42,083 bases of DNA from a bacterium (GTDB taxonomy: Bacteria > RBG-13-61-14 > DATKZS01): NCBI GenBank assembly GCA_046484135.1, contig JAWOBU010000007.1, forward strand, positions 1 to 42,083, written 5' to 3'. Made by a program: the position numbers and the translations under genes. The notes under the pieces were generated by a model. It ran no database searches. It was given only the letters and a program-made list of their open reading frames with translations, and had not been told where the DNA came from. Positions 37,226-42,083 of this stretch are shown in pieces. How positions within the stretch are numbered: position 1 is the first letter of the stretch; each line of letters begins with the position of its first letter.

Positions 37226-38587
37226 ATGAGCGAGAAAAAAGGCGGCAAAGCCAGGAACGTGGGCTCTATGGGGTTCGGCTACTTTGTCAACTCCGCCCAG
37301 GAGGTGTCCCTGCCACTTCTCTTCCCCACTTTGAAAAACTACTTCTACCCCGTGCTCGGCAACACCCATCTGGCCATTATTGACGGCGTCCGCGTCATAG
37401 TCCAGACCTTTATCTCGCCGCTTTGGGGCATGGCCTCCGACCGGTTCAGCCGGCGGCGGGTCCTCATGTTCGGCACCGGCTTATGGGGAAGCCTGGTCAT
37501 CTTCTGCGGCCTGGCCACCGAGTTCTGGCACCTCTTCGCCGGATGGGTGATCGCATGCCTCGGCATCGGAGCGCTGGTGCCCGCGGGCTTCGGACTACTG
37601 GCCGACCTGTACGGGCCCCACGAGCGGGGCAAAGCCATCGGCATCCTGAACGCCATCGGCATGTCCGGCATCGTGATCGGCGCGCTGGGCCTGGGCGTGC
37701 TCATGGGGGCCTCCGAACAGGGTGTTGACCTCGGTTTCTTCAAGTTCAACCAGGCAAGCGGCTGGAGAATCGGCTTTATCATCATTGGAGTGTTGAGCGT
37801 CATGGCCTCACTCGCCATGGGAATTCTGATCCGCGAGCCGAGCCGGGGAAGCGCCGAGCCGGAGCTGGACGAAGCTCTTGCCGACCTTGCCGCGGCCAGG
37901 TTCCGCTTCAAGGTAGAAGACGTTAAGAAAATCCTGATAAACAAAACTATGCTCCTGGCCTTTGTGCAGGGTTTTTTTGTGCTGACCGCGCTGTTCATGA
38001 TCCAGCGATTCTTTCCCACCTGGATGACCGAAGAGCGCGGGTTCGAGACCAGTCAGGCGGACATGGTGTTCGGGGTAATTATTATCGGCCTGGTGGCCGG
38101 CACCCTGGTGGGAGGGGTTGCCGCGGACAAGGCGGAAGAGCACTGGCCCGACCGCGGCCGGGCCATGGCCTCACAGTTGTCAATCCTCGTATCCATCCCG
38201 GCGCTTGCTTCCCTGGTCCTGTTCGCTTACAGCTTATGGGTCATTATTCCTGTGGCGCTGGTGATCGCCTTCTTTATCGAGTGGACCAGAAGATGCGCGC
38301 TCCAGCCCATGATCCAGAACGTGATGCCGCCTGAACTGCGGGGTACCGCCCTGGCCCTGGCCGAGTTCTTCCAGGGAGGAGTGGCGTCAATACTGGTCAT
38401 ATTTCTGGCTTTCTACTCGGACAAGTGGAGCCTGGACAAGGCCATGCTCTACGGCGGGTGCGGGTGCCTGGCCCTCGGGTTCCTGGTGGCCTTTGCTCTC
38501 TACTCGACCTACCCGCGCGACGTGGAAAAGGCGAGGCTCATCATGTCGGAGAGAAGGGACATGTTCGAGAGCGAGGCTCGCGAGTGA
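37226..38587 (+). CDS. MFS transporter (12 TM, spinster/ACS-like)
   Basis: Motif A WGMASDRFSRRRVL; LLADLYGPHERGKAIG; GGVAADK; PPELRGTA. Confidence 0.92.
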   Translation: MSEKKGGKARNVGSMGFGYFVNSAQEVSLPLLFPTLKNYFYPVLGNTHLAIIDGVRVIVQTFISPLWGMASDRFSRRRVLMFGTGLWGSLVIFCGLATEFWHLFAGWVIACLGIGALVPAGFGLLADLYGPHERGKAIGILNAIGMSGIVIGALGLGVLMGASEQGVDLGFFKFNQASGWRIGFIIIGVLSVMASLAMGILIREPSRGSAEPELDEALADLAAARFRFKVEDVKKILINKTMLLAFVQGFFVLTALFMIQRFFPTWMTEERGFETSQADMVFGVIIIGLVAGTLVGGVAADKAEEHWPDRGRAMASQLSILVSIPALASLVLFAYSLWVIIPVALVIAFFIEWTRRCALQPMIQNVMPPELRGTALALAEFFQGGVASILVIFLAFYSDKWSLDKAMLYGGCGCLALGFLVAFALYSTYPRDVEKARLIMSERRDMFESEARE

Positions 38588-38639
38588 AGCCGCTCGCACG
38601 GTCCTCGGGTTTTTCCCCGCAGCATGATGACGATGATGG

Positions 38640-38918
38640 TTACTCCATTCCGATCGAAAACATCCGTTCCAGGTCATGCTTGGAAAAGGCCTCGAAAGCC
38701 ACCAGGGTGTTGGTGTGCTCGATGCCGTCCAGCTTAAGCATCTGCCGCGTTACCAGGTCGGCGAGCTGTTCGTTTTCTTTCACCCGAATGATTGCGACGA
38801 TGTCGTACTGGCCCGCCACCGAGTACACCTCGGTTACCCCGTTCATGTCCACCAGACTCTCGACCGTCTCCGGTATCTTGTCCCGCTTGGCCTCGATTAA
38901 AACTATGGCCGTTACCAT
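38640..38918 (-). CDS. Stand-alone Lrp/AsnC ligand-binding (RAM) domain protein
   Basis: MVTAIVLI...GVTEVYSVAGQYDIVAIIRV...TNTLVAF; no HTH. Confidence 0.9.
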   Translation of the reverse strand: MVTAIVLIEAKRDKIPETVESLVDMNGVTEVYSVAGQYDIVAIIRVKENEQLADLVTRQMLKLDGIEHTNTLVAFEAFSKHDLERMFSIGME

Positions 38919-38921
38919 GGA

Positions 38922-40412
38922 TCAGTCCTCCCCTCTCTGCCTTGTTCTTCTTGTAGCGTAATAATCAGCGACCCTCCGCAAGACCGAAAAAGCCTGGAGA
39001 CCCGTGTCAAAGCAGGGCACGCCGTTTTTGGTGAACTGGTAGCGGGCCTCGATTCTGCCGACCTCGTTGTAAGAGTGCGCGGGATCGGACGCAAGGTCCG
39101 GCAAAACCATGATAAGAGGCTTGCCCGTTTTGCCCCGAAGATCGAGCGCCTTCTCGATAATCTCGGGATGATACTCCATCCGGAAGCTGTCCTCCCCCGT
39201 CTTCTCAAAGTAGCGGCGACCCTCATTTAAAAGATAAAAGAGCATCTGGTAAATGACCAGAAATTCAATGTCCTCGCGGTCCGCCAGTATCTCCATGGCC
39301 GGGTTTATAACCGCGGGCGACATTACCGGGTTGGCCAGATCAACCGGGTTTGCGCCCCTGCCGCCCGCAGGAGGAAGCATAGCCTGTATGCGGTCCGCGG
39401 AATCCTCGTCCAGCTCCGGCACGGGGAAGCCATAAGTGGAGGCCGAGTCCAGGCCGTCCACGCAACGCATGCCGCCGCCGCCCAGAATGCCCGCTCCTCC
39501 GCCGTAGAACTCATCCAGCGAGCTAAAGGCCATGAGCATCTCGACCAGGTCGCGGGAATCCCGGGCCATGACAGCTCCAGCGCTCTTCATGACGGCCTCC
39601 CACGTCTCGACCGAGCCGGCCATCGAGCCGGTGTGGCCCAGGGTGCCCCGGTTGCCCGCCTCGGTCTGTCCGCCTTTCAGGATCACCACCGGCTTCTTTG
39701 CCGCGCACTCGCGCAAGGCTTCGTAAAAGTCCCGGCCATCGGACACGCCTTCCAGGTAGCCCCCCACTATGCGGGTGCGGTCGTCCGCGGCAAAGTAGCG
39801 GAGCAGCTCCGGGGCGTCAATGTCCATGCCGTTGCCGTAGCTTACCATGACCGAAAAGTACACGTTCCTTCCCCGGCCGCTGTAAGCCACGTCACACGCA
39901 CCTCCCCCGCTCTGGGAAAAAAAGCCCACCGGACCCGGAGTGCGCGAAAAGTCTACTCCCGGCATCAGAGTTATGCCGACTTCAGGAGTATAAAGACCGA
40001 ACCCGTTCGGACCGATCAGCCGAAGACCGCCCTCCCGCGCGATCCGGGCAACCTCGTCTTCCAGAGACGCGCCTTCCGGACCCGCCTCCCGGAAACCGGA
40101 AGAAAGTATCTCCGCGCCCTTGACGCCCTTCTTGACACAGCCTCTCACCGCATCCTTGACCAGCGGAGCCGGAACGGTTATCACCGCGAAGTCCACCGGC
40201 TCGGGAATGGACTCCACCGCGGAGTAGGCCTGAAGACCTTGAATAATGCCGGCCCGCGGGTTTACCGGGTATATGTTGCCCTTGTAGCCGTGATCGAAAA
40301 GGGCCTTCAGAAACAAGCCCCCGAACTTCAAGGGGTTGTCCGAAGCGCCAATAACAGCAAGGCTCTCAGGATAAAAGATCGGCTCGTAGGAGGAAACATC
40401 CACTTCACTCAT
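38922..40412 (-). CDS. ADP-forming acyl-CoA synthetase alpha-subunit-like CoA-binding protein
   Basis: PESLAVIGAS, YPVNP, SSGFREAG, RLIGPNGFG, SQSGG, SYGN, YLEG, GHTGSMAG (phospho-His), NPVDL; no ATP-grasp domain. Confidence 0.88.
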   Translation of the reverse strand: MSEVDVSSYEPIFYPESLAVIGASDNPLKFGGLFLKALFDHGYKGNIYPVNPRAGIIQGLQAYSAVESIPEPVDFAVITVPAPLVKDAVRGCVKKGVKGAEILSSGFREAGPEGASLEDEVARIAREGGLRLIGPNGFGLYTPEVGITLMPGVDFSRTPGPVGFFSQSGGGACDVAYSGRGRNVYFSVMVSYGNGMDIDAPELLRYFAADDRTRIVGGYLEGVSDGRDFYEALRECAAKKPVVILKGGQTEAGNRGTLGHTGSMAGSVETWEAVMKSAGAVMARDSRDLVEMLMAFSSLDEFYGGGAGILGGGGMRCVDGLDSASTYGFPVPELDEDSADRIQAMLPPAGGRGANPVDLANPVMSPAVINPAMEILADREDIEFLVIYQMLFYLLNEGRRYFEKTGEDSFRMEYHPEIIEKALDLRGKTGKPLIMVLPDLASDPAHSYNEVGRIEARYQFTKNGVPCFDTGLQAFSVLRRVADYYATRRTRQRGED

Positions 40413-40601
40413 TATTCATACTCCCTGCTTGTAATAAACCCACTACTGATGATTGAACATGGAACGAGGACCTTTTGTCAAACTTCTTTAACATATAAAG
40501 AACAAATCAGCGTGCGCCTCGGAAGATTCCATGTTTTTTTCTTGCTCCTCACTTTGCTATGATTACCAGAAGACCGCTCGCGTCCAGGAGGAAAAGAAAA
40601 A

Positions 40602-42083
40602 ATGAAAAAGCTCGCCATTGCAGTAATGATCACCGGACTCGCCTTTCCGGCCATGACCCGCGCCGTGCCCCGGCCGGAGCATCCACGGCCGGACTTTCAA
40701 CGTGAGGCCTGGCAGAACCTGAACGGAAAGTGGGAGTTCGCTTTTGACGGCAAAGAACAAGGGCTTGATGAAGACTGGCAGGACAAAAACGCCCTGCCAA
40801 AAGAAATCACGGTGCCCTACCCTGTCGAGTCCGAGCTTTCCGGCATACATAATACCTCTCCTCCCAACGTGGTCTGGTACAAAAAACGATTCAACCTCGA
40901 GGATGACCTGCAAGGCAACGGCCGGGTCCTGCTCCATTTCGGCGCGGTGGACTACAAGGCCAGGGTGTGGCTGAACGGCCGGGAGCTCGGCTCTCACGTG
41001 GGCGGCTATACCCCTTTCACCTTTGACGTGAGCGACGAAGTAAAGCCGAAGGACAACGTGCTTACCGTCCGGGTCTACGACTCTCTCGACCGGATGCAGG
41101 TCCGGGGCAAGCAGTCTCCGCAGGGCAAGTCCTACGGCATCATGTACACCACGGTGTCCGGCATCTGGCAGACGGTATGGATCGAAAAGACGGGCATGAC
41201 GTATCTCGAAGATTTCCGCTTCACTCCTTCGCCTGAACTTGACGGCGGAAGGTTCGACCTGGACATAAAAGGAGGCGGCGCCGACGCCGAGCTCCGCATC
41301 AGCGGGCCGGGCGTGGACGAGACCGTCCGCTGGAACGGCAAGCCCGTCAATTGGAAGAACAAAAACGTAAAGCCCTGGTCGCCCTCCTCACCTGTCCTGT
41401 ACCAGCTCGAAATAAAGGTACAAAACCAAGAAGGAAAAGTTATTGACAAGGTAAAAAGCTACATCGGAGTCCGTACTATCGAAGCCAGAAATGGCAAAAT
41501 TTACTTAAACGGTGAGCCGTTCTACCAGAAGCTGCTGCTCGACCAGGGCTACTTCCCCGGCGGCGTCTACACGCCGAAGACCGACGAGATCATGCGCTCG
41601 GACGTTAACATGTACAAGCGGATGGGCTTTAACGGTCTGCGCAAACACCAGAAGGTCGAGGACCCGCGTTTCCTTTACTGGTGCGACGTCGAGGGCCTGG
41701 TGGTATGGGAGGAGATGCCGTCTCTCGGTTTCGGCATCCCCGGCTACGTCCCGGACTGGGCCATGGAGCGGTTTGAAAAGGAATGGATGGACGTTATGGA
41801 CCGGGACTACAACCACCCTTCCATCATTGTGTGGACAGTTTACAACGAGAGCTGGGGCATCTATGAGATGTTGTGGCGCAAAGAGGTCCGCGACTGGGGC
41901 TATCGCATGGTGCAAAGGACGCGGGAGGCTGACCCTTCCCGGCTCACGGTGGACAACTCGGGCGGCTTTCACTTTGACACGGACATATGGGACTTCCACC
42001 ATTACCTGCCCACAGTGGAGGACTCGCGCGAGCTTTACGAGAAGTACGACTTCGAGTCCGGTGACCATCTTGGGTTCTCTTAT
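40602..42083 (+). CDS. Secreted glycoside hydrolase family 2 (partial; runs off the window edge)
   Basis: Not in the ORF track because it has no stop. From ATG 40602 after AGGAGG: MKKLAIAVMITGLAFPAMTRAVPRPEHPRPDFQREAWQNLNGKWEFAFD...LHFGAVDY...HVGGYTPF...SGIWQTVW...LLDQGYFP...GFNGLRKHQK...NHPSIIVWTVYNESWG (acid/base Glu). Confidence 0.93.
   Translation, partial: MKKLAIAVMITGLAFPAMTRAVPRPEHPRPDFQREAWQNLNGKWEFAFDGKEQGLDEDWQDKNALPKEITVPYPVESELSGIHNTSPPNVVWYKKRFNLEDDLQGNGRVLLHFGAVDYKARVWLNGRELGSHVGGYTPFTFDVSDEVKPKDNVLTVRVYDSLDRMQVRGKQSPQGKSYGIMYTTVSGIWQTVWIEKTGMTYLEDFRFTPSPELDGGRFDLDIKGGGADAELRISGPGVDETVRWNGKPVNWKNKNVKPWSPSSPVLYQLEIKVQNQEGKVIDKVKSYIGVRTIEARNGKIYLNGEPFYQKLLLDQGYFPGGVYTPKTDEIMRSDVNMYKRMGFNGLRKHQKVEDPRFLYWCDVEGLVVWEEMPSLGFGIPGYVPDWAMERFEKEWMDVMDRDYNHPSIIVWTVYNESWGIYEMLWRKEVRDWGYRMVQRTREADPSRLTVDNSGGFHFDTDIWDFHHYLPTVEDSRELYEKYDFESGDHLGFSY

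Noticed and set aside
40563..42068. Minus-strand ORFs at the right end of the window
   Set aside because: They are shadows of the plus-strand GH2 gene, which the ORF track missed because it lacks a stop in the window.

Overview
A GC-rich bacterial chromosomal segment. Gene content and order look Deltaproteobacteria-like (Desulfobacterota/Myxococcota sensu lato); this is an inference. No phage, CRISPR array or intact transposase was found. Left part: a truncated PilZ-like gene, a secreted GH172/DUF2961 hydrolase, and a run of B12-binding radical SAM, haloalkane dehalogenase, TPR and Zn-ribbon/RDD genes. These are followed by a GT39/ArnT-like glycosyltransferase and a TetR-MFP-RND operon whose permease lacks the canonical proton-relay residues. 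A ~270-bp composite MITE/REP-like element with a 6-bp target duplication and an SDR come next. Centre: the conserved tRNA-Leu(TAG)-tig-clpP-clpX-lon cluster, then a solo WYL regulator, galT, and purE-DUF89-tsaC-DUF1015. Right part, the most unusual region: a FadL/OmpP1-family outer-membrane barrel encoded directly upstream of a ~1460-aa lipoprotein. That protein appears to have a five-bladed glycosidase-like beta-propeller split by large insertions (a PPC-like domain and Gly/Asp/Cys repeats) and a C-terminal sorting/anchor signal. Divergent from this pair is an EgsA/AraM-like G1P dehydrogenase-PIG-L deacetylase-MFS cluster, followed by AsnC, an ADP-forming acyl-CoA synthetase alpha subunit and a truncated GH2. 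The best candidate for an undescribed system is this FadL + giant lipoprotein locus, possibly for (glyco)lipid scavenging. All family calls come from motif recognition by eye, not from database searches.
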